Shown here one piece after another: positions 41,486-53,233 of a DNA stretch of 64,000 bases. Position 1 is the stretch's first letter; the number at the start of each line of letters is the position of its first letter. The notes under the pieces are model-generated. The model did not search any database. It saw nothing but the letters and a program-made list of their open reading frames with translations, and was not told the origin of the DNA. The stretch covers positions 464,746 through 528,745 of the forward strand of contig CAVUPH010000014.1 of assembly GCA_963743305.1 (NCBI GenBank), read 5' to 3'. This stretch comes from an uncultured delta proteobacterium (GTDB taxonomy: Bacteria; Desulfobacterota; RBG-13-43-22). The position numbers were made by a program, and so were the translations under genes.

Positions 41486-42093
41486 TTATTGGTAAAGAAA
41501 TTCATCAAAATATAACTTCTTGATTTCCCGGGAAGGCAAGCGCTGGTTCAGCCGGCCTAATAATTCTCTTTTAAGTTTTTCCCGGTATTCGGGGTTCATC
41601 AGATCCGTCAGTTGCTGGTCACCCAAGGTCAGAATTACCATATCCGTAAGGGGCGCAGTCCGCTCCTTAATTTTTTCCAGATCGTCCGCTTTCGCCAGTT
41701 CCAGGACAACCGCCACCTTGACAAAATGAAATCCTGAGGGTTCATTTAGATTGATAACCAGGGAACTCAATTTTAAAGTCGGCCCCATTTCCGGCGGCTT
41801 TTCCGGAGGTTTAGCGGCCATCCTGGCCCCCCCTTTATTCCCCGGAGCTTCCAGATTCGGACTGCTGATTTGAATCCAGCCCAGCAACAGGGCCCCCATG
41901 ATTCCCCCGCTAATAATCAACATGCCGGCCAAGATATAGATAACAACAGAGAAACGCTTCAGCCACCCGGAAGACTTCCCGCTGGAAACATCCGCTGATT
42001 GGCGCTCTCCGTCGGTCCCCCCTCGGCCGACCGACTCTTGACTGGGATCAATCTCCAATAGGTCTATTTCGGTTTTCTTATTGCCTTTGGCCA

Positions 42094-42094
<1 letters not shown>
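41486..42094 (-). CDS. fliL: Flagellar basal body-associated protein FliL
   Basis: Single TM helix; LVINLNEPSGFHFVKV...KKLYFDEFLYQ. Confidence 0.9.
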
Positions 42095-43685
<1,591 letters not shown>

Positions 43686-43722
43686 TTTTTCCTCTGTCCA
43701 TCAATTAAGTCCGGGAGGAAGG

Positions 43723-44199
43723 TTAGTCCTCCATCTGGATTTCTAACCGGATCATTTGGTCTTCAGCTAAAAAATCCAACTGGAGCCACTTCGGCGACGA
43801 CCCCGGGCCGGCCGAATCTCTGAACCCGATGACCTCGGTCTCAGGAATGGTCAAGGCATATCCGTAGGCTCGATCATACCGGGAAAAGAGATTACCGCAA
43901 ATCATGTTGGTTAATTCTTTTGTCATATCGATCACCTGCTGCTCGGAAGCCTCTTCCTCCAACCCCAGAAAATTGGTGGTCAGATCCCGAGCCAAGCGAA
44001 TGGGCAAAAAAAGTCGCAGATGTCCCCGCAGCTTACCCTTAAAGCCGAGCCGGCATTTAAGCCAGTGTTCATTTTGGGACCAGGGGTTGCCAGCGGAATC
44101 GCCCAAGTCCGGGGTGTACGGCTCCAGAAAAACAAAAAACATGGTCTCGAATACATGGCCAAGGGCCTCGACCGCCGCCGCCTGTAGTTCATTATCCAT
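43723..44199 (-). CDS. CheX/CheC-like phosphatase
   Basis: VFETMFF...NFLG...ELTNMICGN. Confidence 0.75.
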   Translation of the reverse strand: MDNELQAAAVEALGHVFETMFFVFLEPYTPDLGDSAGNPWSQNEHWLKCRLGFKGKLRGHLRLFLPIRLARDLTTNFLGLEEEASEQQVIDMTKELTNMICGNLFSRYDRAYGYALTIPETEVIGFRDSAGPGSSPKWLQLDFLAEDQMIRLEIQMED

Positions 44200-44578
44200 T
44201 GACCACCTCCAGGATGCCGGTCAGGGTATCCCGGACGGCTTCAGGGTAAAAAGGCTTCTGGATATACCCGTTAATCCCTAAGGCCTTGGCCTCTTGGATC
44301 CGCTCCTCGCTGCCTTCAGTGGTGATTAACACCACCGGGATATGGCGATAGTTTTCATCCTGCTTCAGCGCCCGGAGCAGTTCCAGACCGTTCATCCGGG
44401 GCATGTTGAGATCGGTCAGGATGATATCTACCCAGCGGTCGTTTAGGGCCTCCAGAGCCGCCTGCCCGTCGGCGGCCTCCCAGCATTCCCCGATCTCAAA
44501 ACCGGAAAGGGCGACGGTTTTTTTGATCACCGTTCGCATGGTCTGCGAATCATCGACGATCAGCACATTGTAAGCCAT
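44192..44578 (-). CDS. cheY: CheY-like response regulator
   Basis: LIVDDS, TDLNMP, TTEG, KPF. Confidence 0.85.
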   Translation of the reverse strand: MAYNVLIVDDSQTMRTVIKKTVALSGFEIGECWEAADGQAALEALNDRWVDIILTDLNMPRMNGLELLRALKQDENYRHIPVVLITTEGSEERIQEAKALGINGYIQKPFYPEAVRDTLTGILEVVNG

Positions 44579-44693
44579 GATCCTTCTCCGAGTACCTGCT
44601 TCTGCTTTAAAGGGTTCCCGCCATCGGGAGTGAATTCTCTCTGAGATGGGAATTGGCCAGGCCTCATAAAAAAAGGTTCAGCCATCCGACCTC

Positions 44694-45545
44694 TTATTCC
44701 ACTTTCAGCCAGGATTCGACTACCTGCAGACGGTCATTAAGCTGAACGATACATTTTTCCACGTCTTTTTCCCGGAGGCGGAAATGCTTCATAATTTCCG
44801 GGTCCCCCTCATAGTACAGGCCGTCTGAGCCGCCACCGATGCCGGTGATCAGGGCCATGCAGTTGGCCAAATGGATCAGGGCCACCAGGTCCGGATCTTC
44901 ACCCTGACACAACCAGGGCGTATGATGGTATCGAACCGCCTCGACAATCGAGCGGGGGAACTTCCAACTTTCAGCGATCAGCCCTCCCAGTTCGGCATGG
45001 TCCATTCCCAATACTTCCCGCTCCGCCGCAATGAACGAATAGCCCTTTTCCCCGACCAAGGTTTTGATCTCCTCGAAGGTCTCCTTCACAAAGGCGCTGA
45101 GGACCACTTTGCCCATGTCGTGAAGCAGGGCGGCCGTAAACTGGGTGGCGCTGGGTTCCCGTTGTATCCGCTGGGCGACAATCTCGGTCAGAATGGCGCA
45201 GCTTACCGAATGTTTCCACAAGGCCCCGGTGTCCAGGTCATATCCCTGGCAGGGATGGGCCAGAACGCGCTGGAAGGAACGGTTTAAAATGATCTGCATT
45301 AAGGTATTGAAACCCACGAACACCAAGGCTTCTTTTAAGGAATGGACCTGGCGACGGAGGTTGAAGTAGGCGGAATTACAGACCTTCAGCACCTGAGAGG
45401 TGACCCCCTGATCGTATTGGATGATTTCCACCACGTCCTGGGCGGAACTCCGAGGATCGTTGATGGACTGCAAGGCCCGGAGAATGATCGCCGGGAAAGG
45501 CGGAAGTTGGTCGATGGCCTGAACGATCAAGGCGATCCGGTTCAT
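44694..45545 (-). CDS. HDOD-domain protein
   Basis: LPPFP..VLKVCNSAYF..LWKHS..LLHDMGK..DHAELG..W.FP. Confidence 0.9.
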   Translation of the reverse strand: MNRIALIVQAIDQLPPFPAIILRALQSINDPRSSAQDVVEIIQYDQGVTSQVLKVCNSAYFNLRRQVHSLKEALVFVGFNTLMQIILNRSFQRVLAHPCQGYDLDTGALWKHSVSCAILTEIVAQRIQREPSATQFTAALLHDMGKVVLSAFVKETFEEIKTLVGEKGYSFIAAEREVLGMDHAELGGLIAESWKFPRSIVEAVRYHHTPWLCQGEDPDLVALIHLANCMALITGIGGGSDGLYYEGDPEIMKHFRLREKDVEKCIVQLNDRLQVVESWLKVE

Positions 45546-46021
45546 AATTCGGTTTCTCCTTCCCCCGAAGTCTTCAGCCAGACCTGGCCGGTGGACATCT
45601 CCAGGCGCATCGTCCGGTTGACCATCCCGCCTACATTTTCCGCCTTGATCAGAACGTTATTGCGCCATAATATCTTTCGCATGGCCGCATAGTTGCGTTT
45701 GCCGATATTAAAGAAACCGGCGTTATCCATAATTTGGGACCCGCCCGCCACCTTAACGATCATTCGTCCTTTTTCCGCCCCCAATTTATAGGATTCCTTG
45801 AAAAGCAGGGGGATCCCCGTGTCGGCAAACATCCAGGGATTACGCCTGGCCTTCTCCGGGTCGATCTGGGATTCCGGCAGCATCATATGCAGAAGTCCCC
45901 CCACCTTGGCGAGAGGATCAAACACCGCCACCCCGATGCAGGACCCCAGGGCATAAGTAATCAGGGTAGCCTCGGGGTTTTTGGTAACCTTCAGGTCAGC
46001 GATTTCTACTACGAGGCGCAC
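45542..46021 (-). CDS. cheD: Chemoreceptor glutamine deamidase, copy 1
   Basis: ALGSCIGV...LHMMLP...FADTG...IGKRN...ENVGG. Confidence 0.93.
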   Translation of the reverse strand: MRLVVEIADLKVTKNPEATLITYALGSCIGVAVFDPLAKVGGLLHMMLPESQIDPEKARRNPWMFADTGIPLLFKESYKLGAEKGRMIVKVAGGSQIMDNAGFFNIGKRNYAAMRKILWRNNVLIKAENVGGMVNRTMRLEMSTGQVWLKTSGEGETEL

Positions 46022-46032
46022 GCAAAAAATCC

Positions 46033-46881
46033 TTATTTTTTATAGATGGCCGGTTTAACATATTTAAAGGAGTGCGGAATGCCGGTCAGGCTCTCGGAGT
46101 GGCCAATAAAAAGGACGCCCTCCGGGCCCAGGCACTGGTAAAAACGGTTCACCAAGGTTTCCTGGGTTTTTTTGTCAAAATAGATCATCACATTGCGGCA
46201 AAAAATGCAATCAAAGGGTTCCTGGAAAGGAAAAGGTTCCATCAAGTTAAACCGTTTGAATTCCACGGGGTCTCTTAATCGGTTTTTGACTTTTACATAT
46301 TCCCGCCATTGCTGGTCCCCCTTTAAAAAGTATTTCTTAATCAGCGGGGAGGGGATATTGCGAATTCGGTCCTGCTCGTAGATCCCGGCCATAGCCTTTT
46401 TCAATACTTTGGTGGAGAGGTCCGTGGCCAAAATCTTGATTTTCCATTTTTCAGGAAGCGCCAACCCCTCCAGCAAGGTGATGGAAATGGAATAGACTTC
46501 TTCCCCGGAAGAGCAACCGGCGCTCCAGAGGCGGATTTGCGGGTCCCGGCCTTTCCGGGTCGCCGTCCATTGGGGGAGCAGTTCATTTTTCAGGTAGTCA
46601 AAATGGCTTTGTTCCCGGAAAAAACTGGTCAGGTTGGTGGAAATAGAGTCCAGGAGAAACACCAGTTCCTCTCCCGAGTTGTCCTCGACCACGTACCGGT
46701 AATAATCCCGGAAGGACTTAAACCGGCCCTGCCGGACCCGCTTGCTCAGTCGGGCCTTGATCAGCTCCTTTTTGCCGTCATGAAGCGAGATCCCGCTTTG
46801 CTCATACACCAGGCGGCTGAATTGTTCGAAGTCAACCTGGGTTAGTTCAAATTCGGAAACCGGTTGTTGCTGATTAGGCAA
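46033..46881 (-). CDS. cheR: Chemotaxis methyltransferase
   Basis: TNLTSFFRE, WSAGCSSGEE, FCRNVMIYFD, IGHSES; probable TTG start at 46881 after GAGGAG. Confidence 0.96.
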   Translation of the reverse strand: MPNQQQPVSEFELTQVDFEQFSRLVYEQSGISLHDGKKELIKARLSKRVRQGRFKSFRDYYRYVVEDNSGEELVFLLDSISTNLTSFFREQSHFDYLKNELLPQWTATRKGRDPQIRLWSAGCSSGEEVYSISITLLEGLALPEKWKIKILATDLSTKVLKKAMAGIYEQDRIRNIPSPLIKKYFLKGDQQWREYVKVKNRLRDPVEFKRFNLMEPFPFQEPFDCIFCRNVMIYFDKKTQETLVNRFYQCLGPEGVLFIGHSESLTGIPHSFKYVKPAIYKK

Positions 46882-47377
46882 ACACGGACTCCTCATCCGC
46901 CGATAGAACCCGGTCGATATCCAACAGGATTTTAACCTGTCCCTTGACCTTGGCCAGACCCAGGATATAATCCGTATTGAGCGCACTGCCCAGGTTGGGG
47001 GTGGGTTCGATGTCTTCTCCGGAAATATTCAAAACCTCGGAAACCGAATCCACTATTATCCCGATGGGGATGGACCCGCCACTGCCCAAAATTTCCACTA
47101 CGATAATACAGGTCCGATCGGTGTAGTCCTCCTCCGTGATTCCGAATTTGGACCGCAGCGAAATCACCGGGATGACTTTACCGCGCAGATTGATCACCCC
47201 CTTGATATGCTCCGGTGTGCGGGGAACCGAGGTGATCTCCAGAATACCGATGATTTCCCGGACCTTCAGGATCCCTATCCCGTATTCTTCCTGTCCCAGG
47301 GTAAAAGTTAAGTATTTCCCTTCTTTTCCTTTAAGGCCCTGATTAAGGCCTTCCATTTTTCTGGCTGCTTCTGCCAT
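46874..47377 (-). CDS. cheW: Chemotaxis coupling protein
   Basis: YLTFTLG, VREII, GVINLRGKVIPV, VDSVSEV. Confidence 0.96.
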   Translation of the reverse strand: MAEAARKMEGLNQGLKGKEGKYLTFTLGQEEYGIGILKVREIIGILEITSVPRTPEHIKGVINLRGKVIPVISLRSKFGITEEDYTDRTCIIVVEILGSGGSIPIGIIVDSVSEVLNISGEDIEPTPNLGSALNTDYILGLAKVKGQVKILLDIDRVLSADEESVFA

Positions 47378-47446
47378 TTTTACCCCCCGCTCTATCCGCC
47401 CGACCTCTTAAAAAGGCGGGGAGGATAAGTTAAAATTTTGATATGG

Positions 47447-49081
47447 TTAAAACTCTTTGAAATCTTCCTCATCCAAAGGAATTACCTGGCTGGGAGGAAT
47501 TTCCCGCCCTGGCACCGGGATTAGTCCTTTGGCCGTCGTCCGGGTCGCAGGGGCGGAGATTTGGTTGGCCCCGGCCGCCCTGGCGGCAGGCTGGCGGTGG
47601 CCGTTTTGTCCGGTTTTGAACATAGCCATGATGGAGGCCAGTTCTTCGGCCCCGGCGGCGTTCTGCTGGGTGACTTTATTCATTTCCGCGACGGCCTGGT
47701 TGATTTGTTCCAAACCCTGGGACTGTTCCCGGGTAGCCGCAGCCATTTCAGCTATCAAATCCCTGACCTTGCCGGAATTTATGGTCGCCTCGCCGAAATT
47801 TTTATTGGTCAGGGTGACTACCCCGACACCGCCCTGGATTTTTTTGACGATGTCCTCGATCAAGGCGGAGGTATTCCGGGCTGCCTCTGCGGCACGCATG
47901 GCCAGATTGCGAACCTCATCGGCCACCACCGCGAATCCCGCTCCCGCTTCCCCGGCTCGAGCCGCCTCCACGGCGGCATTCAGGGCCAGCAGATTGGTCT
48001 GGAAAGCAATTTCGTCGATGGTTTTGATGATTTTCTGGGTCTGTTCACTGGACGAGGCGATATCTTTCATCGATTGGGTCAATTCCGTCATGGAAATACT
48101 GGTTTTATCCATCAACTGATTGTTCCCGGTAATCAAGTTATTGGCTTGGTCGGCGTTCTCAGCGTTTTGCTTGGTCATGGAGGACATTTCCTCCAGGGAG
48201 GAGGAGGTTTCTTCAATGGAGGCCGCCTGTTCGGAAGCGGCTTCCGATAAGGACTGAGACATAGCCACGGATTGCCCCACCACTTCCCCGAATTTTTGCC
48301 GCATTTCATTGATCGCCGTGGACAGTTCCCCTATCTCGTCCCGAGAATTAACCTGCACCTCCTGGGTGAGGTCCCCCTGAGCGATTTGTTGCACTGAATG
48401 ATTGGCTTGTCGCACCGGGCCGGAGATCAAGCGGGCCAGGACGAAATTAAGCCCCAAGGACAAAAGGATCGCCGCGGCTAAGACCAGTGAAAAAACCCAA
48501 AGGGTTTGGGCAAAACTTTGTTCTGATTCCTCATAATGCCGCTGGCTCATCTTGTCCTGGGCGGTTAAGACCTCCTGCAGGCTTCGATTGAGAATCTGAT
48601 ATTTATCTTCTAAATCACTGCTGACCATCATAGCCGCTGAGTTGACATCCGCCTCCGCCATATCGATGGTAACCAGGGCCGTTTTCTGGTAGGCTTTCAC
48701 CTGTTCTATCAAGGCCTGAAGTTTTTTCATTTCTTCTACGCCCTGACCCGATTTCTTCAGGAATTTTTCCAGCCCATCCAGGTTGGCGGTTAGGATCTTG
48801 CCCTGGGCTTTGGCCAATACCTCTACCCGGGTTTTATCGGTATTGGAATTTATCCAATTCATCAACTTGTTGATATTGCCGTGCACGGTGCCCAATTCCT
48901 GTCGTATCTGGGACAGGGTCTGGTAGTCTTTGAACTTCACCCGATAGATATCGGCTAGGGCGCTTCTCTGGCCCAACAACCCCCGGTAGGAAAGACCGGC
49001 CAGAATCAGCATGAAAAGGATCACCACCACTGGACCGATCAGCAATTTTTTCATCAAACTCAGACGGCTGATTATCTGCAT
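47447..49081 (-). CDS. Methyl-accepting chemotaxis protein (TM-helical sensor-TM-HAMP-MA) with C-terminal pentapeptide
   Basis: [30 protein letters not shown]; HAMP DEIGEL; ends in DFKEF. Confidence 0.96.
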   Translation of the reverse strand: MQIISRLSLMKKLLIGPVVVILFMLILAGLSYRGLLGQRSALADIYRVKFKDYQTLSQIRQELGTVHGNINKLMNWINSNTDKTRVEVLAKAQGKILTANLDGLEKFLKKSGQGVEEMKKLQALIEQVKAYQKTALVTIDMAEADVNSAAMMVSSDLEDKYQILNRSLQEVLTAQDKMSQRHYEESEQSFAQTLWVFSLVLAAAILLSLGLNFVLARLISGPVRQANHSVQQIAQGDLTQEVQVNSRDEIGELSTAINEMRQKFGEVVGQSVAMSQSLSEAASEQAASIEETSSSLEEMSSMTKQNAENADQANNLITGNNQLMDKTSISMTELTQSMKDIASSSEQTQKIIKTIDEIAFQTNLLALNAAVEAARAGEAGAGFAVVADEVRNLAMRAAEAARNTSALIEDIVKKIQGGVGVVTLTNKNFGEATINSGKVRDLIAEMAAATREQSQGLEQINQAVAEMNKVTQQNAAGAEELASIMAMFKTGQNGHRQPAARAAGANQISAPATRTTAKGLIPVPGREIPPSQVIPLDEEDFKEF

Positions 49082-49141
49082 CCTCTAGACTCCTTAAAGA
49101 AAGGGCCGACCGATGGTCTTCGTCGCCAGCCCCCACCTTTC

Positions 49142-49591
49142 TTATTTATATATCCCGCAAGCAAAAATCAGGTCATCGACCTTTTTAGCAAAGGTCGATT
49201 TGGCTTCCACCTTTTTGGATACCGGATTGGTCCACTTATAATCCACCCAACCGCTTCCCTTGGCATTCGCCATTTCGACGGCCTCTTTGACGAATTGTTT
49301 GCCGTCGGTATCTTTGATCGGATACATATCTTTGCCGATCAATTTTTCATTGGCGCCGTGGGCCAGGATCACCCCTTTGGGGTCCCAAACAAAAACGTAC
49401 AAATCCCCTTTTACAAATTGACCTTGCTTGTTGCTGATTTCCGCCAGGGCCTTGTCTTTGCCATTGGCCTTATAAAAGACGATGGCTTTGTCCACCAAAG
49501 CCGTGGCTTCCGCCGCCGAACTGGCCAGGGCGGCGCCGGTCACACTCAAGAGAAAAATCCCCGTTAATAGCACTGCTAAAATTTTTTTCAT
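49142..49591 (-). CDS. Secreted stand-alone single-Cache protein
   Basis: Signal peptide; GDLYVFV..AHG..KDTDGK..GWVDYKW.NP...K. Confidence 0.88.
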   Translation of the reverse strand: MKKILAVLLTGIFLLSVTGAALASSAAEATALVDKAIVFYKANGKDKALAEISNKQGQFVKGDLYVFVWDPKGVILAHGANEKLIGKDMYPIKDTDGKQFVKEAVEMANAKGSGWVDYKWTNPVSKKVEAKSTFAKKVDDLIFACGIYK

Positions 49592-49719
49592 TTTTTCGTA
49601 CCCCTTCCACTTATTTTAATTGTTGAGGCGCACGTAATGTCCGCCCGCCGTTCGGGAGAGCCAAGCCTTTTTCCAGAGCCCTCCATGGGAAATTTTAGCA
49701 ACACCCCCCTTCGCTAGCG

Positions 49720-50190
49720 TTATTTTTTATAGATCCCGCAACCGATCAATATATCCCCATGTTTTTCAATGTACATCGCCTTGGGCTCGACTTTTTTGGT
49801 CAGGGGATTGGTGAATTTGTAATCCTGCCAGAACTTGTCTTTGCTCTTGGCCAGTTCCACCCTTTCCTTAACAAAAGCCTTACCATCCGGGTCCTTCAAT
49901 TCGATCATATCCTTGCCGGCCATCTTGGGGTTTTGCCCATGGGCCAGGCATTTGCCGTTCAGATCATAGACCGTCACATACAGGTCCCGGTCTTTAAACT
50001 GACCGTGAAGATTGCTGATTTCGGCAAATCCTTTATCCTTGCCGTTGGCTTTAATGTAGGCCGCGGCCTTTTTGACCATGGCTTCGGCTTCTGTCGCTGT
50101 GCCGTATTCGGCCGCTTGGGCCAGGCTTCCGCCCAAAAATAGCACAATTACCAGCAACCCCGCCCACCGTATTACTGTCTTTCTACCCAT
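49720..50190 (-). CDS. Secreted stand-alone single-Cache protein (paralog)
   Basis: Signal peptide; DLYVTV..AHG..KDPDGK..WQDYKF.NP...EPK; ATG at 50190 after GGAGGAG. Confidence 0.88.
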   Translation of the reverse strand: MGRKTVIRWAGLLVIVLFLGGSLAQAAEYGTATEAEAMVKKAAAYIKANGKDKGFAEISNLHGQFKDRDLYVTVYDLNGKCLAHGQNPKMAGKDMIELKDPDGKAFVKERVELAKSKDKFWQDYKFTNPLTKKVEPKAMYIEKHGDILIGCGIYKK

Positions 50191-50243
50191 CTTCTCCTCC
50201 TTATATTTTGTTTTCTCAAGCTCTTGGTTTTGTTCATTCCCGA

Positions 50244-52470
50244 TCAATTTTTATGCAGGTCAAAAATCCCGTTGATGTCCAGAATCAATCCGACTCGGCC
50301 GTCACCCATGATCGCCCCGCCGGCCACTCCTTTAACCTCTTTGAATTTTTCTCCCAGGGTTTTGATGACGACTTCCTGTTTGCCCACCAGGTCGTCCACC
50401 ATCAGGCAGCGTTGTTGACCTTCGTTCTCCACCACCACCACCAGGGCCTCCCAGGGGTCCTGCCGCTGGGGGACCACCCCCAGCAGACCGTAAAGCCGAA
50501 CCAGGGGCAGCAGCAGGTTTCGCACCTTAACCACCTCGCCCCGATTTTGGATGGTGGATACATCCGTTTGCAGAGGCCGGAAGGTTTCTTTGATGGCCAC
50601 AGTGGGGATGATATAGCGCTCTTCCCCGATGCGGACGATGATGCCGTCCATGATGGCCAGGGTCAGCGGGACCCGGATGCTGAGACGGCAGCCTTTTCCT
50701 TCCTCGGAGAAGACCTCCACCCGTCCTTTCAATTTTTCAATAGCCCTTTTGACCACGTCCATCCCCACTCCGCGTCCGGAAACATCGGTAATCTTCTCCG
50801 CCGTGGAGAAACCGGGTTCAAAAATCAAATTGTCGATCAGGTGGTTGGTCAATTGGGCCTCCTCGGAAATCAGGCCTCGCTCCCGGGCCTTGGCCAAGAT
50901 CCGCTCTCGGTTCAGCCCCTGGCCGTCGTCTTCAATTTCGATGACGATATTGCCTCCTTTTTGAAAGGCCCGCAGGATCAATTGACCGGCCTCGCCCTTT
51001 CCCGTCTCCCGACGCTTTAGCGGAAGTTCGATTCCGTGATCCACGGAGTTTCTGATCATATGAACCAGCGGATCATAGAGGGCCTCTACCATATTCCGGT
51101 CGATCTCGGTTTCTTCCCCGAACATGTTCAATTCCACCAGTTTTTCCGATTTTCTGGCCAGGTCCCGCACCAAACGGATCATCTTCTGAAAAGTCTGGCG
51201 AATGGGGATCATCCGCAGGGACATGGAGATCTTTTGCATTTCAGCGGTGATCCTTTTCAGTTGGGCGAAATCGCGGGAAAGCTTGGGATCGTTGAGGGAG
51301 GATAGGATTGGGTTTTGCTGTACCAGGGTCTCGGCGATGACCAGTTCGCCCACCATGTCCACCAGGTTGTCCAGTTTGTGGGTATCTACTTTGACGGTGG
51401 TTTCGGCAAACTCCCCGGCGATTTTTTTTTGATCCCTAAGGGCCTCGATGACCTGTCGGGGTTTAATTTTTTCCTCGGCAACTAAAATCTCCCCCAACTT
51501 TTTAACGGGCGGCTGGTCACTCTGGACCCTCAGGGCCTCCTGGACATCCGCCGGGGTAATGAATCCCTTGGAGGTCAATAATTCCCCCATCCGGGGAGGG
51601 GCGGTATCCTCTTCTTTCTCGGGCCGGAGGGCCGCCGGCGATTCGGTCCCGCCCTGCTGCAACCATTCGATTGTTTCGAAATAAGGGGCCAGGTCGAATT
51701 CCGCGTGGCCGATTTGTCCGGATTCGATGTTGGCCCGCAAATCAAAGATCATCTTCTTCAGGAGGTCGACGGCCTCTAAGATAAAGTCCACCATTTTCTG
51801 ATTGATGGCTAATTTGTCGTTGCGGACGTTATCCAGCAACGACTCCACCCCATGAGAAAAGCGGTGAATGTCCTTGAGATTCAGAAAACCGGAAACCCCT
51901 TTCAGGGTGTGAAAGGGACGAAAGATGGCATTGATGGTTTCTTTGTCTCCCGGAGACTGTTCGAGGTTGATCAGGTTCACTTCAATGGTATCTAAGTGTT
52001 CTAACCCCTCGGAAATGAAGTCCCGGTAGAGTTCCAGGTCCTGGGCCACAGAAAAGGCCTCATCCGGAGTTTCTTCCTGAGGAGGGGATGGTTCTTCCTC
52101 TTCCAGAGAAGACGCTTTTTCACCGGTAATTGGCCTCATTAGTTCCCAGAAGGCCTCCTCTTCGATTGTCACGGGTCCGGGCTTGCCGTCTCGAACTTTA
52201 ACCTGAAGGATCTTCACCCCCTGGTTTAGGAGTTCCGCGGCCTTATTCGGCTCAGGAAATTCATGCAAGATCAATTTTTCCACCAGGTCCTTGAGTCCCT
52301 GACCGATGGCCGTCGTCGATTTTGATCCCGATTCCACGAGCCTTTATCGTTAGTTTTTCCAGTAGCTCCAACAGGGAACCCAGGCCCATGATGTCTTCAG
52401 GGTCCACCAGAACCGTTAGAACGGCTATCTGTTCCACCGTCTCGTTTAATTGCTGCAGATGTTCCGTCAT
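50244..52470 (-). CDS. cheA: Chemotaxis histidine kinase CheA, frameshifted near 52320-52340
   Basis: HPT FHTLKG, LVDMVGELVI, RNSVDHG, DDGQG, GRGVGMDVV, CheW domain; N-terminal MTEHLQQ segment is in another frame. Confidence 0.95.
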
Positions 52471-52585
52471 TTTTTCCCCTTGTGAAGGCCGATGTCTATT
52501 TAACGGTGGGGACGCTGCCACACTGAATACTGATCGGAGAAATATTCTTGAAACTTGATAAATTTATTGAACTGTTTGGATAGGT

Positions 52586-52601
52586 AGCAAATTCAATGCC
52601 A
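52586..52601 (-). promoter_or_regulatory. sigma54 promoter of che operon
   Basis: Minus strand TGGCATTGAATTTGCT (GG-N10-GC). Confidence 0.8.
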
Positions 52602-52969
52602 TAGAAAACCGCAAACTAACAACAACCTCCGGCCTGGAGATTGGAAGGCCGGGAAGATCTTCGCGCGACCTTTTAACCGTCTGGAATGTAACCTATTTTG
52701 ACATTAGGTTCCTCCTTTCCCGGGAACTCCTCGGAAACGGCAACCAGCCGGGCACCCCGAGGGTTCCCGTCAAAAAGCTACCGGTACCCGTCTGATTATT
52801 GCCGGTTCCGGAGAGATCGCCGAGCGTTCGACGTTCAGGATTCGACCAACCAAAGAGGAGGTAAGTCCTTTCCGCTTATCGTCCGGTTTTTCTGTCTGGC
52901 ACGTGTCTTTCAGCCCTTCGACCCCCCGACCGATTGAGTCCTCGATAGCTTCCTTTTTTCACTTTCAGG

Positions 52970-52997
52970 TAAAGTTACACGAACCGCCAACCGATAA
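52970..52997 (+). promoter_or_regulatory. sigma28 promoter of flbD-motAB
   Basis: TAAA-N16-ACCGATAA. Confidence 0.75.
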
Positions 52998-53020
52998 TTA
53001 CAGTACGGAGGATAGGAAAG

Positions 53021-53221
53021 ATGATTCAGGTAACCCGATTAGATCACACGACGTTGATCGTCAATCCGGATTTGATCATATTTATGGAAGAGACACCGGA
53101 TACCATTATCACCCTGTCCAACGGGGACAAAATCATGGTCGAGGAACGTGTGAGCGAGATCATCCGTCGGGTCATCCAATTTCGCCGCAGTATCTTTAAT
53201 TCCTCCATTCCGATTGATTAA
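53021..53221 (+). CDS. flbD: Flagellar protein FlbD (SwrD family)
   Basis: MIQVTRL...NPDLI..MEETPDTIITLSNG...VEE; precedes motA. Confidence 0.92.
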   Translation: MIQVTRLDHTTLIVNPDLIIFMEETPDTIITLSNGDKIMVEERVSEIIRRVIQFRRSIFNSSIPID

Positions 53222-53233
53222 TTAGCCGAGCCT

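Noticed and set aside
52261-52521. Separate 86 aa gene upstream of cheA
   Set aside because: It overlaps the cheA ORF, which lacks its own RBS; best read as the frameshifted CheA N-terminus.
52610-52900. c-di-GMP-I (GEMM) riboswitch candidate
   Set aside because: The GNRA-loop P2 and tetraloop-receptor P3 pattern was not found on either strand by eye.
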